Under the pieces are notes generated by a model. It was not told where the DNA came from and searched no databases. It saw nothing but the letters and a program-made list of their open reading frames with translations. A DNA stretch of 63,559 nt from assembly GCF_018977255.1 (NCBI RefSeq), contig NW_024704747.1, positions 27,528,442 through 27,592,000 of the forward strand. Direction: 5' to 3'. This document shows positions 25,761-36,429 of this stretch, in pieces; the first letter of the stretch is position 1; every line of letters starts with the position of its first letter. The stretch comes from Callorhinchus milii (Eukaryota). The position numbers were made by a program, and so were the translations under genes.

Positions 25761-26896
25761 AAAAAACACAAAACTAATTAGTGGGAGCTCAGTCTGGTTG
25801 CATTTCAAACAAAAGCGAGACAAAAAAGATATTTCACCTTCCTCAAATTACGAAAGGGGGTCCATAAAGTAAACGTAGATCCATATTTTGTCTGTCATTC
25901 CAAACAGGTAGAGAGTTAATACTCTAAATTAGAGAAGGAATAGACCACGTCAAATTTAAGGTTATCTTTACACAAAATTGAAGGAATATCTTTACACTTG
26001 CATGTCAACTATGGAATCTGCTGCCATCTACTGACATGTATATTCACAAAGCAAACAGAGGTACTGATAACAAGAACACAATACAGGACTGTTACTAACA
26101 CTGAGGGTCTTAAAGAGGACTTAAAAGATGGAGAGGACAGGGAACCTGAATGGGTGGGTTTTGTTTCTGATTTTATCCCATTTTTTGAAGGCTCTTCCAC
26201 AGATATTAGTATCACAATCTGCAACAATTGTTATATATAAATATATATATTATATATATAATAACATTATTATTATTATTATTTTAAAAAGCTTAATTGC
26301 CTCATTTTTATGTAACCAGAGATCAATTGTGAGAAATCATAAATACTAGTACTTTTAAATGTGACCACTTCTTACTTCTTCACACTTGATGCAGCTTAAG
26401 AGAAAAAAACAATTCAACAAAAAGTGATGTGGGGTGGAGTGTGGAGTTTTATTATGACAGGGGGACTTTCTGTGTAATACAGTATTTTCCCCCCCCTGTG
26501 TGGGCAGGTCTGTGAGCAAACTCAAGAGGAAGAATCTCTAGGCATTGGGACCTGATCAGAGGCATTTCCTTAGTGGATTATTTCATGAGGATCACCAAGA
26601 ACAAAACTGAAAGCAGTTTGCCTTTCATAACACATGGAAGCTTTAACTTGCAATTGCAAACTGTGATGAAATGTTGTCTCTGGCAGCTTAATCCCTCCAC
26701 CCCCACACCACTCCCTCCTTTGCAATCCCATGTAATAACTTGGGATCTGGACTTTTTCCAATCCTTGAGGAAGTCTAAGGTTTTGCTTCCTCCCCTGTGT
26801 TTGTGTGGGTGTGTGTGTGTGTGAGAGGAGAGAGAGAGAGAGAAGCTGCAGCACTTTCTAAAACAACTTCAGACATACATACCACTGGTTGCTGCC

Positions 26897-27083
26897 ATGG
26901 AAAGTTTCTACCAGTTTGTGTGTGTCTTCATCGCCTCTATTCTTTTCGGTTCCCTCACCATTGTGCTGGTGTTAATCTGGGTGTTTGAATGGAGAGAAGG
27001 ATTAGCCTGGGATGGGGGTTCAGCTGAGTTTAATTGGCATCCTGTCCTCCTCACCATAGGATTCATTGTCATCTATGGACTGG
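26897..27083 (+). CDS. CYBRD1: CYBRD1 exon 1
   Basis: gccATGG Kozak; MESFYQF...FNWHPVL...YGL|gtaagt. Confidence 0.94.
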
Positions 27084-30000
27084 GTAAGTGAACCTTTATT
27101 TCTCTCTCTCTCTCTCTCTCTGTCTGTCTGTCTCTGTGTGTATGTGGGTGTCTGCTATGCAAACTCCTAAACTGCATAGCTTTGCTTTCAGATTGTTTTA
27201 TTCCCTGCATCAAAAGGATTTCAATTAATTAGGAAAGGGCCAGACTGTATTGCATAAACTGAACAGCAAAACATTTTTTTTCCCTGACCAGAGCGCACCA
27301 CTGAGAAAAAGTTGAGTGACTTCAGCCTCATAGAAATAGCATTAACCTGAAGTTTAAAGCTTAAATATTGTATTGTTTCTTCCCATCACCCCACCCCCCC
27401 ACCAGAAATATTCAGATCGCGTTAAAAGTTAATATAATCTTATTTTGAATGCTATATTTTTGCGGCCCCCGATATGGTGTAAATATTAAGTGGAAGCTAG
27501 AGATTATAACTTAACGGATGGCAAGCTATGCGGTTTTAGCTGGTTAGACTCCAGCAGTTACCCCAACACACACTCTGGGGTCCTCAAGCCTTGGCTTTCA
27601 CCAAACTGCGTCAAATGCTTTCCTGGAATTAGATAAACAGGATGTGTCCCTCCAGGAAGAGAGAGAGAGAGAGAGAGAGAGCACAATCCAATCCAATCAT
27701 CTCTCTCTGGGATTTCCACGTGTTGGTGGGATGCATGGAATTCACAGCTGGGTTTGGATACTCTTAAACCACGGTGATGGGTTTCCGCGTGTGTCAGACA
27801 CCCGGCTGATAAAAGTTATAACATACCATAATAATAATAATAATCCTTGCGTTTGATATAACGCTTTTCGCATCTTCTCGACGTCTCAAAGCGCTTCACA
27901 GAATAGACTGTAAAGTGAATTGACCGTATATTTGTGGGCGAAAGCGCATCATGTCTGCAGTCCACAGTGTGCGGCTGTTTTTACAACCATATGGGTAAAT
28001 CCTCAATAGATTTAATGTATCAATAAAGCAGAAAATCACAAGATGCTCAGTACTTTAAGAGCACTGTTGAGACTTGAATACATTTCAACATTTGGAAAAC
28101 AACTGCCATTATCATTATAGATGGTAATGATTTTCCATTTTGAAATATTCAGGTGTTTTCTTTTCCGCCCCAGCTCTGATTGTTTACAGGTTGCCCTGGA
28201 CGTGGAAATTCAGTAAACTCTACATGAAGTACATTCATGCCGGCCTCAATATTGTCGCCTTTGTACTTGTGGTCATTTCACTGGTGGCAGTTTTCGACTT
28301 CCATAACGCCAAGAACATTCCCAATCTGTACAGTTTACACAGCTGGATCGGCCTGACGGCTGTTATTCTGTACGCTCTACAGGTAAATAAACGACGCCTT
28401 TGTCTCAGAATTTACATTTGTACAGTATTTCAGTATATATGTGTGCAGAGAGCATCTTAGGCCAGCAGAGATCATTAGATAGAAATCAGAAGAGCAGGAA
28501 CACTGCTCAATCTTATATTCTCTTCCAAAAGGATGGTATGGTACAGCCAAATCACCAATCTGTCTTGTAATATATATTGGCAAATTATTCAATGCATTTT
28601 TTACGGTGCATTCTTCTTGTCCGCAACAATATAACGTGTGAATCAGTTAACTTTCTCATGTAGATTACTTTGAAAGTTGATTGTTTTTTTTCATGGGACG
28701 AGCTAACATTCTGTTTAACACTATGTCGCAATATTATCATAATATTTTTCTTCCATTACACACAATGTTCTTGACAAATGAAACCTCCTGCAATAGCATA
28801 GATACTTCTGGTTACATCCAAAAACATCAAACACTCCCTTTCAGTACTGAATGTCTCTAAGTACACTTTCCATTTCACAAAACATCTTAACTGTATAACC
28901 CGAAGAATTATAAATAGAGCTGTCGTATTTCCCAAATAATTTACTAACTAAAAAAAAACGCATGAATAGGAGTGGGGTAATATTGTTAGTGAGATTCATA
29001 AATGAAATTTTCAAGACCTTTTCTGAATATAATTAGTTCAACTGTTTCATAGAATCTGCTTTTTTGCTGCCGCAAAAGGGCCACATTTAAATAAAAACTG
29101 GTTAGGATGGAGTAAGCTTCAGAGAAAAAAAAACACGTGAATACTGTTAGGATATATAATAATAAATAATCCTTGCCTTTGATATCGCACTTTTCACATC
29201 TTTTAGACGTCTCGAAGCGCTTCGCAGAATAGACTGTAAAGTGAATTTGTGGGCGAAATGCATAATAGAGATAACCTGTTACTTCACAGATAGTTACAGG
29301 GTTGTGCGTCTTTCTGCTGCCTGCTACTCCTGCATGGATCAGGAAGTTTTACTTGCCAATCCATGTCTTCGCTGGGCTTTTCATCTTTGGGATGGTGATT
29401 GTTGCAGCTGAAATGGGAATCACTGAAAAACTTATTTTCACTTTGTAAGTATAGCTCGCTCCCTATCTCGCTCTACCGTCTGATAGTAACAGTGACACCT
29501 CTATATAGTCTTGATATTAACAGTGACATCTCTACATATTCTGATAGTGACAGGTTCTCATTTGTAATCTTTCGACTCTTTCTAATGAAAGTAAACTGGT
29601 TGTTTCTGTATTGTCATTTAAATACAACTTCCATTTCTTTCAAAATGAGCTCACGTGTTTTCCTCTTTACAGCATGTATTCTCCCCTCTAGATCGTTTCC
29701 TCAACAAAGAACAATTTTCATTTATATAGCACCCTTCATGTCGGGTAATGTTTCGGAGCATTTCGGTGCCAGGGTTGGATAGTGATCAAGGGAAAAGGGG
29801 AGCGGGGAGTGACCATAGATGTGGTTGAAGAGGTAGGTTTCAGGGTGGGATTTAAAGATGGAAGGAGTCAGACAGAGTCCCAAGAGATGGTTAATTCATT
29901 TACCTCCAGCTCCTAAAAATGGTAGTTTATCAGAGAACAGCTCAGTAACCACATTTTAAGCCACCTGAATTTTGTTCCCAATTGTTGACCAACGCCTAAA

Positions 30001-30368
30001 CAATAATTTGTCGTCAGTAACATCTGCGATGGTGGGTTTTTCTATTTTCTCTTAGACGCTCAAAGAGCAATACCACTCGCTCATATTCCCAATCACCTCC
30101 GGAGGCTATTTTGGCCAATACTCTGGGCGTTTTCATTTTGATCTTCGGAGGATGCATCATGTGGATTGCCACACACCCGGAATGGAAGCGTCCGCCTGAA
30201 TTTACCTCAATGGCTGTGCAAATAAAGGGAAATAAAGTCAACGAGGAACGGTCCTCCCTAAAGGCAATGCACGCTAACGCTGAAGCCAATATTGAGCAGG
30301 ATGCTGAAGGAGCAGTAAGAAATCGAAACCTCAACTTGGAAGAGCCAGGCCAAAGATCAACGTTTTAA
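26897..30368 (+). CDS. CYBRD1: Cytochrome b reductase 1 / Dcytb, cytochrome b561 family ferric reductase (287 aa)
   Basis: join(26897-27083,28174-28382,29290-29444,30056-30368) = 864 nt in frame; heme-His motifs FNWHP, IHAGLN, SLHSW, PIHVF; C-terminus WKRP...EPGQRSTF. Confidence 0.96.
27645..27809 (+). repeat. Unclassified ~160-bp dispersed repeat, copy B (CYBRD1 intron 1)
   Basis: Aligns with 20183-20344. Confidence 0.75.
28174..28382 (+). CDS. CYBRD1: CYBRD1 exon 2
   Basis: cccag|[11 protein letters not shown]...YSLHSWIG...ALQ|gtaaat. Confidence 0.95.
29290..29444 (+). CDS. CYBRD1: CYBRD1 exon 3
   Basis: cacag|[11 protein letters not shown]...LPIHVFAG...TEKLIFT|gtaagt. Confidence 0.94.
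29705..29870 (-). mobile_element. L2-clade LINE 3' fragment (degenerate)
   Basis: tttatatagcaccctt...gaagaggtaggttt; similar pieces at ~47000-47310 and ~54690-54900. Confidence 0.55.
30056..30368 (+). CDS. CYBRD1: CYBRD1 exon 4
   Basis: cttag|[16 protein letters not shown]...GQRSTF*. Confidence 0.94.
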
Positions 30369-30524
30369 GAAACACTGCAATTCCAATGGTGTTGCACATT
30401 GTACAATCACGTACATTGATTTGCCAACGCTGCAAAGTGTTAACTGAACCTACGTATCCAATACATTCCATTTGAACGAAATTCCTCAGATGAAATGACC
30501 ATCTGAATTTCAAATGAGTTTGAT

Positions 30525-30640
30525 AAATAATAATAATAATAATAATAATCCTTGCTTTTGATATAGCACTTTCATGTTGGGAGGACGTCCCAAAACACTT
30601 CACAGGATTTACTGTGAGTGACTGTGTGCTTGTGGACAAA
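30525..30640 (-). mobile_element. SINE/L2 tail fragment in the putative CYBRD1 3' UTR
   Basis: (AAT)n ccttgcttttgatatagc...gacgtcccaaa; similar ~100-bp tails at ~5130, 6410, 7900, 12740, 15330, 15800, 21050, 27830, 29160, 48700, 50450, 62320. Confidence 0.8.
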
Positions 30641-31664
30641 TGTGATTTACTGGAAAGATGGTAAAAAAATTATCATTACTTTTTTAAGATTACTCTAAAA
30701 TACTAAATATTAGTAATAGTTTTATATTTCTTTAGTTAACTGTATTCTCAGAAGTTAACTAATGTTAGAACCTTAGGTTTACATTTGCAAAATCACTGTG
30801 CATGAAATTACAGTATAACTTGGATCAGTTATTATTATCTCTCTTAACTGATCAAGTATTACAATAACTTGATCAGTTAAGATATTTTTCACACTTTAAT
30901 CCAAATGTTATTCTTTGCAGCAATCTTTAATAGATTTTGCATGTGAATAGCTCCATTTTAAAAGATGCAGATGACCATTAAAGTCACTTTTTAACCCAAA
31001 GAGAGAATTTGAAAGTTTACTTTTGTTGCGGGGGGGAGGGGGGTGGGATCTATTACTTTTTTTGTGTGGATGAGAGAAAATATTTAAAAAATTAATTTTT
31101 TGAGAGCATTTGAGAGAAATTCAAAAAGCAGAACTGCAAACCACTCCTGCCTTGAATCACGTAAGTGTGTGTGATTCTGGGCCCGAGTGAATGCACTTGG
31201 GTATCAAGAACAAGTTCAGGGGATTTTGTTTCCCAGGGGAAAAAAAAGTTTTAAAATTCATCAGCCTTCACCAAAAAAAATTAATCATCATGATAATTGG
31301 AATAAGGTATAAAGGTCCTTAAGCATACATTATTGAAGGAACTTTCTTCAATATTGATTAGATGGAAGGAAAAAAACACCAAGTGCTGAATTAGCTTTTA
31401 CACACGTGCACTAGATGGCGTGGAAGTACACACGTTGACGTATAAACACATGTTGAATGCCACGGACTTCTGGAGCTAAAGGCTTTGGAGGAAAACTGGA
31501 TAAAGAAGTTGCAATTATGATATCTGATCACTGAAACAAAATGAAAATTATTCTGCCTTTTGTGCTCAAGTAGCAAAAAAAGAATTTATGCATTTCACAC
31601 ACCAAATTATCCCATTGGCGAAGAGGCTCAAAGTGATTCACAGGGCATTTGCTGTAAAGTGTAA

Positions 31665-31985
31665 GTCCTGTAGCTCAGTGGTTAGAGCACTCGCTTTGCA
31701 AGTGAGAGACCTGAGTTCAATTCCAGGCAGAGGGCGAAACCTTGGGCAAGTTTCCTTACTCCACACAGAGCCTAATAATAATTCCTCCAAAAACAATAAT
31801 AAAATTGGTCATTTTCAATCTACGACTGTTTGTGGGACATTGCTGTGCGCAATTGGCTGCCGCGTTCGCCCACAAATGTACAGTCAATTCACTTTACAGT
31901 GTGTTCTGTGAAGCGCTTTGGGACGTCCTCCCGACGTGAAAAGCGCTATATCAAATGCAAGGATTATTATTATTAAGGATTATTA
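31665..31985 (+). mobile_element. Full-length tRNA-derived SINE, young family
   Basis: A/B boxes, core, (TTA)n tail. Confidence 0.93.
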
Positions 31986-32117
31986 GTGACTGTGTGTTGG
32001 CGTCAATCCTCCCAACCACAGCAGCCTACAGTCACCCCAGATACAGTCACTGAGCTCTTTTCCGTTGGAGTGACAATATATCAGGTGTATCTTTTTAAAC
32101 AGCATCATGTTTATAAT

Positions 32118-32123
32118 AATAAA
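32118..32123 (+). terminator. Candidate poly(A) signal of CYBRD1
   Basis: AATAAA just before the convergent UMPS 3' end. Confidence 0.4.
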
Positions 32124-32294
32124 TGTTTATGTTACAATTACACAAAATTCAAAGTATTGTTAATATAAAATATGAATTTTAGCTGCCTTCATTTGTGATT
32201 CACAAGAAGAAGAAAATACACAGAAGCAGGTACATAGAGCAATTCTAAATTAAATGCAATTTTGTGAAATGTTTAAATCAGATAACGTTAACCA

Positions 32295-32485
32295 TTTATT
32301 GAGGTGAAGTATCCCACAACTGTAATATAAGATTCTTCACATGAAATAACCTCAAATCTAATTACTCTGAAGGTTGATCATCTTGTAAATTATATTTGCG
32401 AAATGAAAACTAGACAGAAATAAATTGGCACTGCAATTTATTTGTTCTGAAAGACCTTTGATCTACAAGTACAACTATTTTTATT
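32295..32485 (-). terminator. Candidate poly(A) signals of UMPS
   Basis: Minus-strand AATAAA at 32480-32485, 32437-32442 and 32295-32300. Confidence 0.45.
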
Positions 32486-32797
32486 GGAAAGTTCACGTAA
32501 TAAAAATCAGACAATCTTTACATCTGCAATTGTACTGAGTGTTGTTGCTCCATGTACAAGCTTGCTACGCAATGACATTTACTTCAATATCCTGCAATTT
32601 ATGCAGCTTTTTAAGGTTTATAATGCAATCACAAATTGAGTTGAGGTGTCATTGGGGTTGTTTAGGTGAAATAATTGGTACACAATTGACATCTTATATT
32701 TTCCAATTCAACCATTCTAGTAAATTACAATGAGAGTGCCAATGAAATGAGTACAAAATGAGTTTGGACACAAAATTCCTGAATTTCTATTCATCTT

Positions 32798-32976
32798 TCA
32801 GTTGCCAAAACATGACAGCTTGCTCAGGTAGGCTTCCCACCCAGCCGTCTTATACATTCTTGCTGCTTCTAAACGATCCTTTGCTGACAGGATTCCTCGG
32901 CCCACGATGATTATATCTGAATCCTTCTTATTAATCACTTGCTCGGGGCTCAGATACTGTTGTCCTAGTTTATCTC
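32798..32976 (-). CDS. UMPS: UMPS exon 6
   Basis: cacag|DKLGQQY...IIVGRGI...[13 protein letters not shown]. Confidence 0.95.
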
Positions 32977-35900
32977 CTGTGAAAAAAATAGGAGACAAAA
33001 CTTGTTACAAATTATCCTGGACATGATATGGCTACAATAATGTATTTTAAACATCAATCAATTGACAATATGTTTGAACTAAACCTGCTGACTTTCAATA
33101 TTGTAGAAGGAGGATAAGATACCTTCAATGTAAAGAGGACACATTTCTATTTGTTCTGATCCAAAAGCAGCCTCCCTGAGATCTACCATGTTAGGACTCC
33201 CAACTGAAAAGACCCACTAGAGTATAAAGTACTTCAATATTTAGCTTCTAGCATACTGCTTTTTTTAAAAAAGAATCATCGATTCATTACATTAAGAATT
33301 CTTTGCTCTCTACCTATAACATATAGTACTAGATTTAAGAAAGGTCTTGGCCTTGCCTCCAGCCTGCATCTGGACTCCAGGTGTCATGTGTATAAACTTT
33401 TGGCTGCTGCTCACATTTGAGCTGGAAATAAACCCAATAACAAAGTCGGAGTGGTCCTCAGCCATTTTCACCTAAAATAAAGGAAAGATCCAAAGTTAGA
33501 AGTTACAACTCCAGATTATCTCAGCTCCATTTGGTTGCTGAGGTCATAGCAATATTTTACTTTTATTGATACACCAAAAGTGACAAATAATGATTTACAG
33601 CTGCTTTGGTGTAGTCCCCGGTGGCTAAGGAACCCTGGGAGCTCATTTCGGCAATCAGTAAACAGGCCCGGTTCAAAGGCAGCCCAACTTCTTTTAATCC
33701 TTTCACCACTCCAGGGCCAGGGACCACATGGGCATTCACAACATCTGACCATGAAGCAATTTTGTATATCCCACCTAAGGAATAAGAAAAAAAAGCCAAG
33801 TGTCAGTAAGTGCCACTTCATTATGACTAAACTTGCAAATGAATGTTGCTTTAATGCAAACTTACCAGCATCTCTAGAAGTCCATTGTGGTTCTACTACC
33901 ATTATAGAACATTAAAACATTTCACAAACTCTAATCAATTCCTAAAAAACTTTTTTAAACTGGCAGTTCCCAGCTTCCCTTATGGCCTAGTGGGTATACA
34001 GAAAGCTCCTAATGTAATAAGACATCAAAACAGAAGGTCATAGATTTGAAGAGTTAATCTCGGTCAGGGCGAAAGTTTAGCTGTTACAGTTAGCCTTAGT
34101 GTCCCTGTGCTAAATGGGGTGAGGGAAATCGCAAGGTTTGGACATCAAAGGTCATCCAGTTTATTTGATCATATTCTTACAGAATCAGTCAAAGTTTCTG
34201 ATACAGGTCAGTATTCAGTAACATTTCAGTCGATGAATTGAATATTTAAATGATCGGCAATGATATTGCCAAGTGTTCAAAGACTTACTAGAATTCCACT
34301 GCTAGTTAAATTACTGGAGACTCTAATGCTGTTTCTGTGCAAGGGAAAGCTTATTAAGGGAAAGAGTCCCAGCTTATAAAATAAACAGGACGTTATCTGA
34401 ATACCTTAATTACATTGTCTTGTAAACACTATTAGGCATCAACTAACCTCCCATCCTCTGAATAGCAATCATTATAGCCTTTTATTTTCACAGTATAATT
34501 ACCTTCATACTGATGTTTGACTGTATTCCCAATGTCGGCAAACTTTCGATCTTCAAATATCAAAAACTCATGCTTATCAGCAATTGCTCGGAGTTCCTTG
34601 ATCACACATGGTTCAAAATTGTCAAGGATATCAATGTGGGTCTTCAACACACAGATTTCACTACCCAGTGAATCAGCCAGCTGCAATAGTTCTTTTGAGT
34701 CTGTGACATCAGCAGACAAGCACAAATTTGTCTGCTTCCTTTCCATGATCTTAAAGAGTTTTGCTGTGACTGGGTGGACATCAAGAAGCTGTGCTCGGTC
34801 ACTGTAGCTAACTGGCTTATTGTGTCTCTTTGCAGGTCGTGAATCAGGCTCTTTTTCAGGTTGCTTTGTTGAGATACTCTTCAATTTATGATTTGTTGGC
34901 TGATAGGTGTTGTTTTCCCTTATGAATGCTTTGACATTTTCTACTATTTCAGAATCAATTTTTCCATGGCTGTGTAGAATATCTAGTAATTTGTACAACG
35001 AGCAAAATGAGTGCAAACGTATTCCTTCCTCCTCTAGCTTAGCCCTTCCTCCCTGCTCCCGATCCATCAGCACCACCGCATCAGTGACGTACAGTCCTTC
35101 CTTATGAAGAACGTCTGCAGTTTCCAAGACACTCAACCCGCTCGTGACCACATCCTCGATAATAAGACACGTTTCTCCCGGAGTGATGGCACCTTCCACC
35201 AGGCGCTTTGTACCTGCGATTGTAAACGAGAATGCTTTGGACGAATGTCGTCGAGTCGTGCAGAATTACAATTTACAGGAACGAGCTCTGAATATCTGAA
35301 TAGCAAAAGGATGTTGAAAGGAAAAGGAAATATCCCAAATAGCTCATTCTTGTCTCGTCAACAACCGCGAACTATGTTTTCTTATTTGTTGGGCCGTGGA
35401 CGCCGATTGAAATTCCCTTCCCTTTGCAGCCAGCGCGAGTGACGTCCGCCTGGGTAGGCGGACCCCAAGCGGCCGTTCGCGACGTACCGTAATCCTTCGC
35501 TTCCTTTCTCCGAATGAGCATCGGGATCCCGGTGGATGAAGAAATAATGGTGGCCAGAGGCAAAGCTGTGTAGGGAACCCCACAGACAGAGTCGCACTTG
35601 ACCCCGGCCTTTTTGGCGACCTGCCACAGGACGTCCGAAACCTGCGAGAGAGAGAGAGAGAGAGAGAGAAAGGGAAATCAGCGGCAAACTCGCCGAGCGC
35701 TTCGGGGGCTTTTTCCCCCGAAATACTCGCGCCCGTCCCAACCCGGCGAAGCTGCCCGGCCGGGCATCGGCCGCCGGGGCGCAACCGGCTGCTGCGGTCA
35801 CTCCGCTCCGCGGCGCGGCCCCGCGGAGACCCACCCGAGGAGGGGCCAAAAGGGTTCAAATCGTCGTGGGTACCCGCCCGAGGTTCCCGGTCAGGAGTTG

Positions 35901-36429
35901 AGATTCCGCCCGAGTTTGACACGAACTCGTGAACTCTGTGCGGCGGTCTTTCGTCAACGTTGGGTCGGAGCACTTTGTAGCCCAAAGCTGAGCACTTTGT
36001 AGCCCAAAGCTGAGCACTTTGTAGCCCAAAGCTGAGCACTTTGTAGCCCAAAGCTGAGCACTTTGTAGCCCAAAGCTGAGCACTTTGTAGCCCAAAGCTG
36101 AGCACTTTGTAGCCCAAAGCCCGGCAAATAATAGCCCAGAGGTAGCCCAATACCATACGTTGCTTTCCAGGGCGAAACCCGCCCAATCTGACCGGGCGCC
36201 CCCCCCTCCCCTCCCACCACCACCACCACACCGGGCCTGAGCGGCCCGCGGGCCACGTGCCCCCGGTGAGGGCCGCCGCCGCTACCTGGTTCATCAAATC
36301 CGGATACGACACGATAACCCGCAGGTCGAAGTAGATGGGCGACGATATTCCGCTCTTCAACACGAAGCTGCCGAACTTGACGGCCTGAACCTGGTGCAGG
36401 CGACACACCAGCGTCTCCAGCGCGTCCAT
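32798..36429 (-). CDS. UMPS: Uridine 5'-monophosphate synthase, bifunctional OPRT + OMP decarboxylase (492 aa)
   Basis: Six exons, 1479 nt in frame; OPRT motifs [35 protein letters not shown]; ODC motifs [29 protein letters not shown]. Confidence 0.97.
33357..33471 (-). CDS. UMPS: UMPS exon 5 (GC donor)
   Basis: tttag|[16 protein letters not shown]...[11 protein letters not shown]|gcaagg. Confidence 0.9.
33599..33774 (-). CDS. UMPS: UMPS exon 4
   Basis: cttag|GIYKIASW...[18 protein letters not shown]|gtaaat. Confidence 0.94.
34503..35213 (-). CDS. UMPS: UMPS exon 3
   Basis: cgcag|TKRLVEG...[13 protein letters not shown]|gtaatt. Confidence 0.95.
35488..35641 (-). CDS. UMPS: UMPS exon 2
   Basis: (CT)n cgcag|VSDVLW...[12 protein letters not shown]...KDY|gtacgt. 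Confidence 0.94.
35968..36120. repeat. 22-bp minisatellite, ~7 perfect copies, in UMPS intron 1
   Basis: (GAGCACTTTGTAGCCCAAAGCT)x7. Confidence 0.95.
36286..36429 (-). CDS. UMPS: UMPS exon 1
   Basis: gccATGG; MDALETLV...PDLMNQ|gtagcg. Confidence 0.93.

Noticed and set aside
26800-32130. Iron-responsive element in CYBRD1 UTRs
   Set aside because: No stem-loop with a CAGUGN loop and C-bulge noticed by eye; not exhaustively scanned.
35968-36120. CRISPR-like array of short palindromic repeats
   Set aside because: No spacers, head-to-tail units, no cas genes, vertebrate intron; it is a minisatellite.
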